Shown: positions 35,801-43,952, counted from the first letter of the stretch. The stretch is DNA of 64,000 nt from Schmidtea polychroa (GCA_044892525.1 CM097885.1:29202001-29266000); one strand, 5' to 3'. Translations and numbers: made by a program. Notes: generated from the letters alone by a model not told the origin.

Positions 35801-38800
35801 CGTCACTATCGCTGTTAGATGATTGGCTTCTAAATCGGTCCAAGAATTTTGGCTTATTCTTTTTCAATTGTCGTCTTGTTGCTTCATCGTACATTACTTT
35901 CCGGAATCGTCTGCCTACTTCCTCGTCGGTTCCTTTAATCTTTGTTAATATTTTAATCAATCGCTTTATCCGATGAATGTCTTTTGAGTGGCCATGTAAT
36001 ACCATGGTCTTAGCTAAAAATGGTAAGAAGCCTACTATCATTTTCCAATTAACTTTCTTTTCCCGCTTGTATATATCGAAACAAGCTAACATTTGTGTTA
36101 GTATTACTCTGACTATCTGAATTATGAGTATGATCCCTAATATCCCGGCCATCATTTGTCCAAAAACTAAGAATCTTCCCCACATTGCTTTCATCATGTT
36201 TGACGTAGCTTGTTGAAAATGGTCTGGCGATAATAGCAGCTCGTAATTCGGGCCTGATTGATAGTTTGTGCCCCCAGTTATTGTTACCATATTAGACAAA
36301 ATGGATTCTCGTCTGGCTGGAAAGAGTACGTTAAGTCGTGCTGTTTCTAGATCTTCCGGGGAATACATACCACCGTTTGACACGTCTATAGGTTTGAAAT
36401 CCAGCTCTGTGGCGAGTTCTATTAATCCAAATTTCTTGGGCTCCTCGGATATGGTTTTTCCCGGTAACATCATCCATTTCCCATCGGGCCTTTCATATAA
36501 AGGTCCGTATGCATTAGAACAGTTAAAGAGATTTGGGTAGAAACCCACTGGATTCATAATTCTAGTGACTGGTTGGACGAATCGATTTTGTCCTTTATAA
36601 CGGATTTCTAATTCATTTGCACATCTCTTTTCGGGTAGTATGGATTTTTCTGGCATTCGTGCATACGTCTTGGTACACTGGTATGTGTACATCACTTCTC
36701 CTACCATTCTACCAAAGTGTCCATCTGGTAATGGGAGTGATGGCATCGTGTTATCTGGGTGCGTTATCGCAATAGCTAGCTTTGTTTTCAATATTTCTTT
36801 ATTCAATGAACAATCGTTTTGTATCAGATCGTAATATACTTTTTGCAAGGTCGTTTGTCCACGATGAAATAGAAAATCCATTTTATTATTTGCATATAAG
36901 TATAGTTTTACGTCCTCCGTTGCTATCTTTCCCACTGCTCTATCGATTATTTGTCTCGACATATAGATGCCTGCGTAATTGGTTTTATATACTATACTGT
37001 CACATTTGGTGGTTTCTTTCTCTTTGATAAACCTCATACCTAGATCTGGATCGTCTGTGATTAATGCTGTTGGTGTCTTCTGCGTTGAAAGTCTCTTTTC
37101 TCTGGGAGATGGTGGCATTGGTTTTCCATTTCGCATCCTCACTCTGTCGTTTCCATCCTCGTCGTTCTCGTTCTCATATATTTCTCCTTTTACTTCATTG
37201 AACAAAGCACTTTTTAACAGTTGGAGTCGGCATTTTTGGGTATTAGCTTCATAGATTATAGTTGATACTCCTGTCCTACATACGTTTTCTGTAGCTCTAC
37301 ACGCTGGGTTGGTCTTCATTTGGTAATTATTTGCGTCAAATTGCGCTTCGTATTCTTTTAATTCGACCGTGTAAGACTCGATCACTACAACTCCCGATAT
37401 TACCTCGCCTCGGATCGTATACGTACCTCCGTTACATGACCCATCTGATGATTTTACTTTTCCGGATACGTAAACACTTTCGGTTTTAATCATTCCAGTT
37501 TGTCCGTGAATTGTCACTCCGTTATGCATTTTTAGCGCTCCGGTTCTAAATAGCTCTTTACAATCCTCTCGTTGTATTGATACGATTTCTTTATCCAGAC
37601 CGGGTAGTATAAGAGTCGAATACGAATATTGTCCACAGTAATATGCGAGTACCTTTTTTGATACTACGCATTCCCTTGCTTGCGTTCTGATGAAATCTGA
37701 TTCTTGATATACATGGTAAGTAACTTTTGTTCTCACGATGTCCAATTTGTTGGGTGAGGCTTGTCTGCATTCTTCTATGTCTCTCAATGAGTATTTATCT
37801 CTCATTATCATGTTATCACAATCGTAGATGGTGAAACCTGTTGCTCCACTTGTGCACAACATCCATATCATCATAGTCATCATTAACGAATTTATTGATG
37901 CTTTTCTGCTTGCGGGATCTTTCATCGGTAGTTCCCATTCTAGTTCATTTAACAATTTTTTCAATCTAACTTGCATCGACCTTTCTTGCTCATTTTTCCG
38001 TGGCGCTTGTATCAGTCTTTTCCATCCTCCTGCACGAATAATGTGTGGTTCAATAGTATTCTCTATGATTGAAACGGTCATTTCTACATGATTTGCAAAC
38101 TGTTTATTTGGTATTTTCCTCGCAGCTAGTCCCATCAAATTATACATCAAATAAGTGATTACCACTAGGTGATGCTCGTCATCATTTGCATTTGTCGTGA
38201 GCTGCTCAATCACTCTCTTTGTTTCGTCCCAATCCGTTTTGGTGGTTTTCGTTTTCTCTTTGATTAACTTTGGGATTATCCCCGAAATGGTGTGCCATAA
38301 TTGTCTAGCTTCCGTACTGGCTACTTTCCGTTGCCACAAACGTCTAAGTTGTGGGTTTGTTATTATTAACATATCTTTTAACAATTCTCGTATCCATTTT
38401 TCTCCTCTTTCGATCGTTGGTTGGGCTTCCTTTAGATCCCATACTATTTTATCCAATTTTTCTAATCGAACTTGCCCTTGTTCTTGCTTTAATTGTTCTT
38501 TGGTTTTGAACTCAGACTTTTCTCCTTGTTTCTTGGGTCTTCCTTTTGCCCGTTTTTCCATCATCGTTCCTGCTTCTCTGGTATTTTCGTAATTCGGATT
38601 TCTTTCGTTATCCGTTCTGGGTAATGAGCTATCGTTATTTCTTAGCCACTCATTCCATTCGTCTATTATTTTGTCGGTTTGACTTTCTGGTGTTACTTTC
38701 GTTGGTTCTCTTTGCTTCTGGAATTGTTCATCCGTTTCGGTTTCCGTAGTATTGTCGATGATTTCTTTGATGTTTAGTTTCGTGGGTTGTTGATAACTCG

Positions 38801-41800
38801 TTGATGGCTGGTTGTTAGTCCACATTTCGGCTCCTGTCGGCCATCTTACTAATAGCGGTGATCTTTCTCCTGATTCATCGTCACTATCTTCCAGGATTAT
38901 CTCTTCAACTTCTTCAGTTTCATTAGATTTACTTGGTGCTTTGTTCGGACTTGGAGTACTCAAGCTGCCTTTTGTTGGTTTAATTATTTTACTTTTCCTT
39001 TTTAACGGTTTTCCCAACGTTTCTGCCATTGTTAATACATTTGTCTCTTCCAATCTCATGGGGGTTATCCCGACGTCTGCATTATCGTCTAGTGATTTTC
39101 CGAACAGTTGCAGATGGAATGGAGTTTCATATGCTAATTTCTTTTTTAATTCTCTAATTTTTGTTGTTGGATGCACCTCTAGTTCCTCGATGCTCTTGTC
39201 TGGATACTTGATTCGGATGTGATACCCCTCCTGGGTGTCTTGTGCCCATTCCTGATTTCTCCATTTTCGAATAATTTGTTCTAGCTGTTCTGGATACCAT
39301 TCATTATATTGCCGGTATTCCTCTATTGCCTTTGCCATTCCTCTCAGATTGTGGATGTCCTCTGATGTCTTTAAGATGATGTTAGCCAACGCTACTACTT
39401 GGCGTCTTTGATTTTTCGCTCCCATTGCTAAGATATCGCCTAATTGTTTATATCTTTCTTTCTCTTCTCGTTCTCTTGCTTCCGTCGCTTCCTCGCCGTC
39501 CATATCAGCATATTCACGTTCCTTTTTCCTCATTGCATGAATATGTCTCGCTTCATTTTCGCTTTCTGATGTGACATCCGTCTCGCCTTCGTCATCTGAT
39601 GTCTGTTCCCTTGCTTCCTCTTCATATTTTGGAGGTTCCTCTTCTTCTTCCTCCGATTCACTTTCTGTCTCACCAATGTCTGTTTCCACGAAGGTTCCTT
39701 TCCGGATTTCCCATTCCTTACTTTCTGCATTCCACACTCTTTCCCATGGGGTTCGTCTGCAGGATCTGGTGCTTAATTTCGTGATTTTTCCTTGTAGTTC
39801 TTTTTCTTTTAACCATTGTTGGTGGATTTTAATTATTTCCGTAGATTTTTGATATAACGTTTTCATCCGGTCTCGTATTTCTTTTTGATAGGTTACATCT
39901 CTTGTTCGAAATTCATCCATTGGTACTATCCTGATTATCTGGTGATTGTCCCACATACCCATTTCGCTTAACGAGGTGTCGTCCTCCGCTCGTAATATTA
40001 TCTTATCGTACATCATGACTACATCATCCACCATACCATCACTACTTTCGCTACGTACCTTTTCCGTTATCTCTTGGTTTATTTTTGATACCAAGTCATC
40101 TACTGTACTCTGATTGCTCATTTTTATTCGTCGTTTTTCTTCGTTCGGTAACCATATGGTTATTTCCAACCTCTGTGGCTGGGTTTCTTTTAACCTTCCA
40201 TATTTGTGGATCAAATTTATGGTTCTCCAATCACTCATTCGGAGCATTTCTGTATCTCGCAACCGGCTCATTAGTTCGTACATGGCTGGGGCTCGTCTGG
40301 TGATGAGTAAATCCCAGTTGTCTTCTACTTGTTCTTGAATTTGTTTGATCAGCTTATCCAGGTTTCGTCTCAGAGTACATTGTTTTATTTGTTCTAATTT
40401 CAATTTGATATTAAAATCATATTCTGCCTTGGCATCTTTAGCCCAATCGTAAAGGTTGGCTGGTTGTTTTTCTTTATGCAACTTCAGTATTTGCGTTTCT
40501 CCTGGCCATATTAGTGCATCTACTAAGTGCATATCTGGTTTGATCTGTTCTCCTTGGTATTGATACAGATATTCTTTCTTTCTCGAACTTCCCAAATGCT
40601 CTCGTATCCAATCGAAAAGTTCGTCGGTGACTGTATTTTTTATCCACATTCTTTCAAGTCCTCTACTCGTTCCGATTTTTATTACATACCGCGTGGTATC
40701 GGCCTGCTTCATTTTTTCCATATAATTTTTTATAATTGATTTTTCCTCGTTTGGTATTAGATCTTTCTCGTTTCTTTCCAATTTCATCACTTTTTGCACG
40801 AATCGCCTGAATGGTATTACGTCGATGAACTCTTGGTTCCTCACTACTACTGGGAGTATTTCGGCTACCTGTTTTATCGCTTCCTCCCTTGCTTTTCTCA
40901 ACTTTATTTCGATATCTTCGTCTTCACTTTCACTGGTTATCTCGTTTCCGCTTTCTTCCTCTTTGATTTCCCCTTTTGGGGGTTCGCTTATTTCATTCGG
41001 CTGTAGTATTTCTCCACCCAAACTACTTACATAATCTTCTTCTTCGTCTGACGATGCTACATCTTTTGTCCTTTTCATCATATTGATTTGCAAGTTTCTC
41101 ATCCTTGGTACTCTCTTTAGTTTCTTTCTTTCGAATATTGTTGTTTCTTCCGATTCTGATTCTTGTAGCATTCGGTGGTTTAGTTGACTGGTTTGTTCCT
41201 TGCTCTTGTTATTTTCATCTTCTGTCTCGGTTTTCGCTTTATTATGTTCTTTTTCGATTTTATCCTTTATCTTTTTCCAGAATATTTTCTGAATTCTCTG
41301 GTTTCCTTTTAAAATCGTGGTTGAATTCTCTGTTTTCATTTCCGTTGTTATTTCTTTTACCTTTTCTGGTTCAGTCATGGGTACTACCCTTGGGCTTTTC
41401 CCGTAATTGTAGCAATACTGGCTCTTCATGTCTTTTACTAACCTCATCATATTTATTCGCAATGGTTGTTCTTGTCGTTGTTGGTTGCGTTCTTGTTTTA
41501 TCCTCTCTTCCTCGGCCTGTAGCCTTTGCCATTCTTGTACATGTTGATGCACTTCATAATTGTTGAGATTTTCGGTACTCCTCATCATACGTATATTCTG
41601 GGTTTGTTGTGGTGCTGATTCTTGTCTTGGTCTCATCATTTGCTGCATCATCTGTTTCATCTGCGAAATTTCCTGCATAACGTTCATTTGTTTTCCTTCG
41701 TTAGGGTTACTTTGTCGTTGCGGATTCGCTATATAATTATTATTTCGCTGTGGTGGTCGTTGTTGTTGGCCCCTTTCTCGGCAATCTCTGGAGATGTGAC

Positions 41801-42686
41801 CTGGCTGACCACAGTTAAAACAGCCTCGCAATTGGCATACATTTTCGGTATGTCCACGCCGTCCGCAACGATTACAATTTGAATTTCTATAACAATCTCT
41901 GTCCCAGTGTCCTGGTTTACCGCATGTTCGGCACTGCTTGTTATCGTTCATATTTCGCCGATTATTGAAATTGTTCTCATTATTCGGGTTGTTACGATTA
42001 CCATTATTCCCGTTTGATCGTCCTTGTGGTGGTTTGAAAATTTGGTGCGCTCCTGGTATAAATTGATTCATTTTCGGTTCTTGATTGTTGTTATCTCCGT
42101 TATCCGCTTTCGCTATTGCTGTCGCTATCCTTCCCTCCTCTTGCATAATATTCATTTGAGCTGGAAGGTGGAGCTCGCATCTTGTAGCCCAATCTATGGC
42201 TTCCTCTAATGTTTTGCACATTTGACAACCTACTGAGGCTCTTACTTCTTCTCGGCGTAATCCCTCTATGAAATAACCGATCAGATTTTCTTCGGGTAAT
42301 TTTCCATTCATTGCTTTCTTCGCTAATCTCCGCAATTCACTGGCATATAATGTTATCGATTCGTTTGCTCTTTGTTTCCTATTTGCTAGTTCGCCCAACG
42401 CCTGGTTGATTGGCTTACTGGCTCCGAAGGTTTTCTTCAGGAATGTTTTAATATCTTCCCACTTTTCTAATTTCGTGTCTCTCTCTTTAGCTTCTAAATA
42501 TACCTCTAATGCACTATCGCACAAAAACAACGGCATCCTTTTACTAATTGCTTCGGGTGTCCATCCACACACAGTGATATAGACTTCAAAATTAGTTATG
42601 AACGTTGCTAGCTTGTTTGCATTTCCGTTGAACGGTTCTCCTCTGAACTTCTCTTTATACTCGTCGGTTTTTACGACATTCGTCAT
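28833..42686 (-). CDS. 4,617-aa Gag-Env-Pol polyprotein with cargo domains
   Basis: One uninterrupted ORF containing capsid, three CCHC knuckles, a glycoprotein, the DTG protease motif, the YIDD RT motif, RNase H, an HHCC/DDE integrase with GPY motif, and ankyrin repeats. Confidence 0.97.
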   Translation of the reverse strand: MTNVVKTDEYKEKFRGEPFNGNANKLATFITNFEVYITVCGWTPEAISKRMPLFLCDSALEVYLEAKERDTKLEKWEDIKTFLKKTFGASKPINQALGELANRKQRANESITLYASELRRLAKKAMNGKLPEENLIGYFIEGLRREEVRASVGCQMCKTLEEAIDWATRCELHLPAQMNIMQEEGRIATAIAKADNGDNNNQEPKMNQFIPGAHQIFKPPQGRSNGNNGNRNNPNNENNFNNRRNMNDNKQCRTCGKPGHWDRDCYRNSNCNRCGRRGHTENVCQLRGCFNCGQPGHISRDCRERGQQQRPPQRNNNYIANPQRQSNPNEGKQMNVMQEISQMKQMMQQMMRPRQESAPQQTQNIRMMRSTENLNNYEVHQHVQEWQRLQAEEERIKQERNQQRQEQPLRINMMRLVKDMKSQYCYNYGKSPRVVPMTEPEKVKEITTEMKTENSTTILKGNQRIQKIFWKKIKDKIEKEHNKAKTETEDENNKSKEQTSQLNHRMLQESESEETTIFERKKLKRVPRMRNLQINMMKRTKDVASSDEEEDYVSSLGGEILQPNEISEPPKGEIKEEESGNEITSESEDEDIEIKLRKAREEAIKQVAEILPVVVRNQEFIDVIPFRRFVQKVMKLERNEKDLIPNEEKSIIKNYMEKMKQADTTRYVIKIGTSRGLERMWIKNTVTDELFDWIREHLGSSRKKEYLYQYQGEQIKPDMHLVDALIWPGETQILKLHKEKQPANLYDWAKDAKAEYDFNIKLKLEQIKQCTLRRNLDKLIKQIQEQVEDNWDLLITRRAPAMYELMSRLRDTEMLRMSDWRTINLIHKYGRLKETQPQRLEITIWLPNEEKRRIKMSNQSTVDDLVSKINQEITEKVRSESSDGMVDDVVMMYDKIILRAEDDTSLSEMGMWDNHQIIRIVPMDEFRTRDVTYQKEIRDRMKTLYQKSTEIIKIHQQWLKEKELQGKITKLSTRSCRRTPWERVWNAESKEWEIRKGTFVETDIGETESESEEEEEEPPKYEEEAREQTSDDEGETDVTSESENEARHIHAMRKKEREYADMDGEEATEAREREEKERYKQLGDILAMGAKNQRRQVVALANIILKTSEDIHNLRGMAKAIEEYRQYNEWYPEQLEQIIRKWRNQEWAQDTQEGYHIRIKYPDKSIEELEVHPTTKIRELKKKLAYETPFHLQLFGKSLDDNADVGITPMRLEETNVLTMAETLGKPLKRKSKIIKPTKGSLSTPSPNKAPSKSNETEEVEEIILEDSDDESGERSPLLVRWPTGAEMWTNNQPSTSYQQPTKLNIKEIIDNTTETETDEQFQKQREPTKVTPESQTDKIIDEWNEWLRNNDSSLPRTDNERNPNYENTREAGTMMEKRAKGRPKKQGEKSEFKTKEQLKQEQGQVRLEKLDKIVWDLKEAQPTIERGEKWIRELLKDMLIITNPQLRRLWQRKVASTEARQLWHTISGIIPKLIKEKTKTTKTDWDETKRVIEQLTTNANDDEHHLVVITYLMYNLMGLAARKIPNKQFANHVEMTVSIIENTIEPHIIRAGGWKRLIQAPRKNEQERSMQVRLKKLLNELEWELPMKDPASRKASINSLMMTMMIWMLCTSGATGFTIYDCDNMIMRDKYSLRDIEECRQASPNKLDIVRTKVTYHVYQESDFIRTQARECVVSKKVLAYYCGQYSYSTLILPGLDKEIVSIQREDCKELFRTGALKMHNGVTIHGQTGMIKTESVYVSGKVKSSDGSCNGGTYTIRGEVISGVVVIESYTVELKEYEAQFDANNYQMKTNPACRATENVCRTGVSTIIYEANTQKCRLQLLKSALFNEVKGEIYENENDEDGNDRVRMRNGKPMPPSPREKRLSTQKTPTALITDDPDLGMRFIKEKETTKCDSIVYKTNYAGIYMSRQIIDRAVGKIATEDVKLYLYANNKMDFLFHRGQTTLQKVYYDLIQNDCSLNKEILKTKLAIAITHPDNTMPSLPLPDGHFGRMVGEVMYTYQCTKTYARMPEKSILPEKRCANELEIRYKGQNRFVQPVTRIMNPVGFYPNLFNCSNAYGPLYERPDGKWMMLPGKTISEEPKKFGLIELATELDFKPIDVSNGGMYSPEDLETARLNVLFPARRESILSNMVTITGGTNYQSGPNYELLLSPDHFQQATSNMMKAMWGRFLVFGQMMAGILGIILIIQIVRVILTQMLACFDIYKREKKVNWKMIVGFLPFLAKTMVLHGHSKDIHRIKRLIKILTKIKGTDEEVGRRFRKVMYDEATRRQLKKNKPKFLDRFRSQSSNSDSDDDDNGNDKCLYPNRNPNEKPMETAPYWEKEKTNTWIANGSYIPPDIVGPQTALTMTQNMYPQLPSQPGMHYMPTRRTKSVDQADDVRTIAAMSLPGGPAVTVMIQINGKETNAMIDTGANVSAIAINQIPSKHWKDIESTTIHIIACSKETVDVVGRWWTTLRYQDNEIETYLAVIPKLSVPCIIGTDLMPELLKEVVIDLTTMCLKDKTGRICKMNAVIRCPEKIIVPAKSQMICQIKVDTGMEGEVIFEPSKSFEKRRELPLAREIITINQEGVIPLNITNFEEEDKIIYENEKLGRLTPMMDIELPKVTNEMIKDDELWTIDSMLLTNDEKKKLHRLLVEYKDIFAISDLDLGTCDVTLHAIPLIDETPIALRPYKLAEMQKEIAETEVQKMLDAKVIEPSCSPWQFPVVMVKKKDGTQRFCIDYRKLNAVTKRDTYPLPDINEMLLMLQGAAYFTSLDLKSGYWQIKVKDEDKEKTAFTLGRDLYQFRKMPFGLTNAPASFQRCMNFVTHGIKQCMVYIDDLLIYSATFEQHLEDIRNVFIRLRQWKLKLKPSKCDWAKEKVTFLGHIVSAKGKEPDPRNIEKIKTCPAPKTVTQVQEFLGLCGYYRKFIKNYAGIAKPIQELVKKDISFIWEKEQQQAFETLRDKLIEAPILVHPDFKKPFLLATDASGYAAGAILGQLDDEGKERVIGYYSRTFKKHEKNYSVTEREALAIIQAIKHFRYLLWGHEICITTDHQPLVWLGQHKEASSRLMRWAMQLQEYSPFIKFKAGRANANADCMSRFIFPDLVDSEMQRICLIVAEDLDFCQLRKDQQEDAELKQIIDYVKTGKTDVYAKDQKLKEHMDKHRHRYIIEKDWLLIMDGEKRLMCIPENRRKELLTQYHDGRLGGHMSSKKTLARMKQKYFWPTLTEDVTEWVKNCLTCATRKNTGSKWKAPLTPMPVPIEPMTMISMDVVGPLPESDKGNVYILVITDFLTKFPEAFAMPDQKAKTIAKILVEEICCRYGTPKQILTDQGTNFMSEIMSEVTNYFKIAKLRTSPYHPQTNGMTERFNGTLIQMLSNYVDRHQRDWDEYINLCLMAYRMSIHASTKMSPFKLMYGRECNMPMDLEYQPPISQYMEIDDYVTKFKERMQEIWETAGLNIKFYQESYKDLHDRKKNVKQHTFQTGDWVMIETPELIPGTTKKLQRNGKGPYEILFVGETNVRVKLVNNPFTRPIYVNVARCKSIPKTATSQPEGRTLTTRSQTYRMNMMQQLAEPITGRLGIQPSEAEKIVKEVKIKIPGWAKDRLDFEILGGLLTMIENYANRERTHPLLRVVKSQWPILFTITDHYEDTPLHKLMKVGNNEQILETIEAFHDCKRSTEQTNNQGYTPLMIAANRGKTKDIITALLDTGSKITTQDHERKNALHHAIEGRSTEAFTSLMELLSYEDNREVGNMYDGLLTAIKEKLTTITGILITWRDPIRNDYMINVNEAFTRGENTLMREAMKGHHLFEIPNQLLERGIKFTNHKDEQLTKKRIDTFEKSLFQFTNQVRNKYWETVSVLYMMDTMNNIRENYLDIIQILTAEERINNPNGKKTKIRYEKSRESKSTTNQTVTNNVIETKSMSIDQEAIIRKAKEVFFEEMLELPDEIILSKIIKAVHTYARDQTTGLDIGKIKTFLPRAFTMVTKDSRTPLQQAILAAKENRAITIVRILGEMGEETNTKNEQGETAMMYAAITKIHPKTLHILHQSGSKLDEKSNEGNSTLDWATIQPNLEMIRFICKNATKEEVENMCKNTSQFQWNTVRKNLEAMKLLLTWRVPPNNKYAINVNEFYENGENAMVKNTLTKGGTPKIILIVLNREDLKFTQNQNEQQRIGKHRRMQLRELVKEWNRKRHAATGRKEFEFEAKLARNRVLTAYRRLLNDINVEDDILNDSEGDKHDDNNGKDRKEDKEKREPEEGKPENKDSDTKREGNSPRTKTKEEEKSNNGKQRVCLPFTNKEIETNMILMIIMLTMIELVTAQGGTRTIKETKEAENQDSKEDELKQEKRKQAQEQQWDLKEEWDLKERCILGRCMSRAYQKLVLINEDTEPITEVRIQEAYRNRDGKRITNVKGKEVHLGKGGEVVITQIQPRKEHKVCISRLGPGERCHQYVTQQQPPKEYTVCIWRNESKRECRRYPGKRGKKRKNHDEKNEGGKHKKTGEEAQDNYVSEEEMEKIQKMAKEGMNEEIARIREMMKGNGKRGNEKSTEAISTLTNKEKPESISVKQMMWISGIIITGAFLIITGGTIKIIKDKRHRGELEMTRIRNFQHRVKRPSDIKQGQWVEAWNVQRPPNSRI
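30250..31950 (-). other. Polyprotein domain: two tandem ankyrin-repeat modules after integrase
   Basis: EDTPLHKLM, GYTPLMIAA, KNALHHAI (module 1) and SRTPLQQAI, GETAMMYAA, GNSTLDWAT (module 2). Both end with INVNE..GEN...KFT. Confidence 0.9.
32110..33200 (-). other. Polyprotein domain: integrase (HHCC, DDE core, GPY motif)
   Basis: YHDGRLGGH...CLTC; ISMDVVGP; LTDQGTNF; PYHPQTNGMTERFN; KGPYEI. Confidence 0.97.
33480..34700 (-). other. Polyprotein domains: reverse transcriptase and RNase H
   Basis: RFCIDYRKLN, LDLKSGYWQI, MPFGLTNAPASFQR, YIDD (34227-34238), FLGH. RNase H motifs LATDASGYAAGAIL, EREALAI and TDHQPL. Confidence 0.98.
35200..35500 (-). other. Polyprotein domain: aspartic protease
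   Basis: AMIDTGANVSAI (DTG at 35448-35456) and IIGTDLM. Confidence 0.95.
35985..37886 (-). other. Polyprotein domain: envelope glycoprotein resembling chuvirus G (class III-type), with internal signal peptide 37836-37886
   Basis: Signal LMMTMMIWMLCTSGATG then FTIYDC...YSLRDIEEC...YYCG and a Cys-rich ectodomain. C-terminal WGRFLVFGQMMAGILGIILII TM followed by a second hydrophobic stretch. The pattern recalls chuvirus-type glycoproteins (recognition from memory, no search run). Confidence 0.8.
38007..38470 (-). other. Polyprotein domain: divergent Bcl-2-like fold
   Basis: BH2-like TIEPHIIRAGGWKRLI. Spacing from VIEQL to GGW is 64 aa, against 63 aa from VVNEL to GGW in Bcl-xL. The NWGR motif is replaced by DDEHH. 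Confidence 0.7.
39027..40694 (-). other. Polyprotein domains: three ubiquitin-like domains (40476-40694, 39921-40172, 39027-39224) and a possible CARD-like helical segment (40191-40400)
   Basis: Each unit of about 70-85 aa shows the beta-grasp pattern, e.g. YHIRIKYPDKSIEELEVHPTTKIRELKKKL...LQLFGKSLDDN. TLRRNLDKLIKQI..VEDNWDLLI resembles the first CARD helices (weak). Confidence 0.6.
41781..42686 (-). other. Polyprotein domain: Gag capsid and three CCHC zinc knuckles (41781-41933)
   Basis: Retrotrans_gag-like QRANESITLYASELRRLA...FIEGL; knuckles CRTCGKPGHWDRDC, CNRCGRRGHTENVC and CFNCGQPGHISRDC. Confidence 0.95.
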
Positions 42687-43952
42687 GATTGGTGTTCTAG
42701 GTTCGTCTGTTTCTTTTAAATTGTCTAACGATGTGACTAAACTTTGGGCTGATAATTCCTCGGTTGACGTTGCTAAACTATTAGTGATATCGGACAGACT
42801 TTCTCTACTTCGAGATCGACTAGGGGTATATCCGAGATTTTCTTGGTCAAATATGGGTACTTGATTGGTTCTTCTGGATCCTTGTGATATTCCTCTTTGA
42901 TGTTTAATGGATCGTCCTCTTTTGAGTTGTTGTAATTCGTCTCCTGAAAATAATACGTCTCCTGGCTTACTAGAAGATCTAAGATTGGGTTTATCCGTGA
43001 TTCCTTTCTTACGCTTCTTGGTAATTAGCGGCTATTGAATCGGACGCGTTCGGTTCTGATTGTGTTTCTAATTCTTGGCAGATGGCTGCTAATACTTCTT
43101 CCGTTCTGGAGTCTTCCGGTCGCTGTGTCTCTCGGTGCGGGTTCTGAATGGATTTATCCTTGGTTGATTGTCGATTTTCTTCGAATTCCTTTTGTGCAGG
43201 TTCTGGATTGTCTTGGTTGGCTGGATTGGCTTGATATCTAAAATGAAAAAATGATCTCGTGTTGCATTTGCTTACACGACTTCATCATTCTTTCTACAAC
43301 ATTCAAAAACAGACACCTTTTAGGTTTCTGTTTGTGCTTCCCCTATCTTTTGTGAAATCCTGTCTGCGGTTTATAATATCCCATCAGCCCGTATTTTCCG
43401 TCGATTTTAAATTATCTATATGGGGTAGTAACAATTATCTATAAAGTCGTAATAATTATCTATTCGTTATCAATTATAGTAAAAATAGGTCGTTGTCGGT
43501 CTCTGCTTATTACCCCCCTTTCATTTTCCTAATCCTTTTGCGCTGTTGTCGCTATTTTACTTTTCATATTCACTATTATTACGCTCGGTTCTACTCTGGA
43601 ACCAATAAAATGCATTTTTCCCGGTTTAACCCAAAAAAAAAAAAAAATATTCCGTAGAGTTTCTCTACTTCACTGGGATCCCTTTAATTAGTTAGTTACT
43701 TTCCTCTTTACTCATTATCATCATTTCATCTATTCTTTATTTTCTATTATCTCTTTAATTCGTTTCCTTCTTCCCTTTCCTTTTTCATTATAATCTTATT
43801 TTCTTTTCCACGAGCTCGTTTATTCCCTCTCTAAACTCTAATTTTCAAAATTACATTCAATTTGTTCTAGCTAGCTTTAATATTCCATATCACTAGTAAT
43901 TTAAATATTATCTCATTGTAGCTTAACTGCTATCTCTCGCTTTTCTAGGCCT

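Noticed and set aside
43154-43237. Spliced-leader terminal AUG supplying the polyprotein start at the 43238 acceptor
   Set aside because: AUG joined here reads a 28-aa peptide ending at a TAA (43154-43156), out of frame with the polyprotein.
24302-43241. Dozens of plus-strand and alternate-frame ORFs overlapping the element genes
   Set aside because: These are antisense shadows of A-rich coding sequence (Phe/Ser/Leu-rich) with no recognisable domains.
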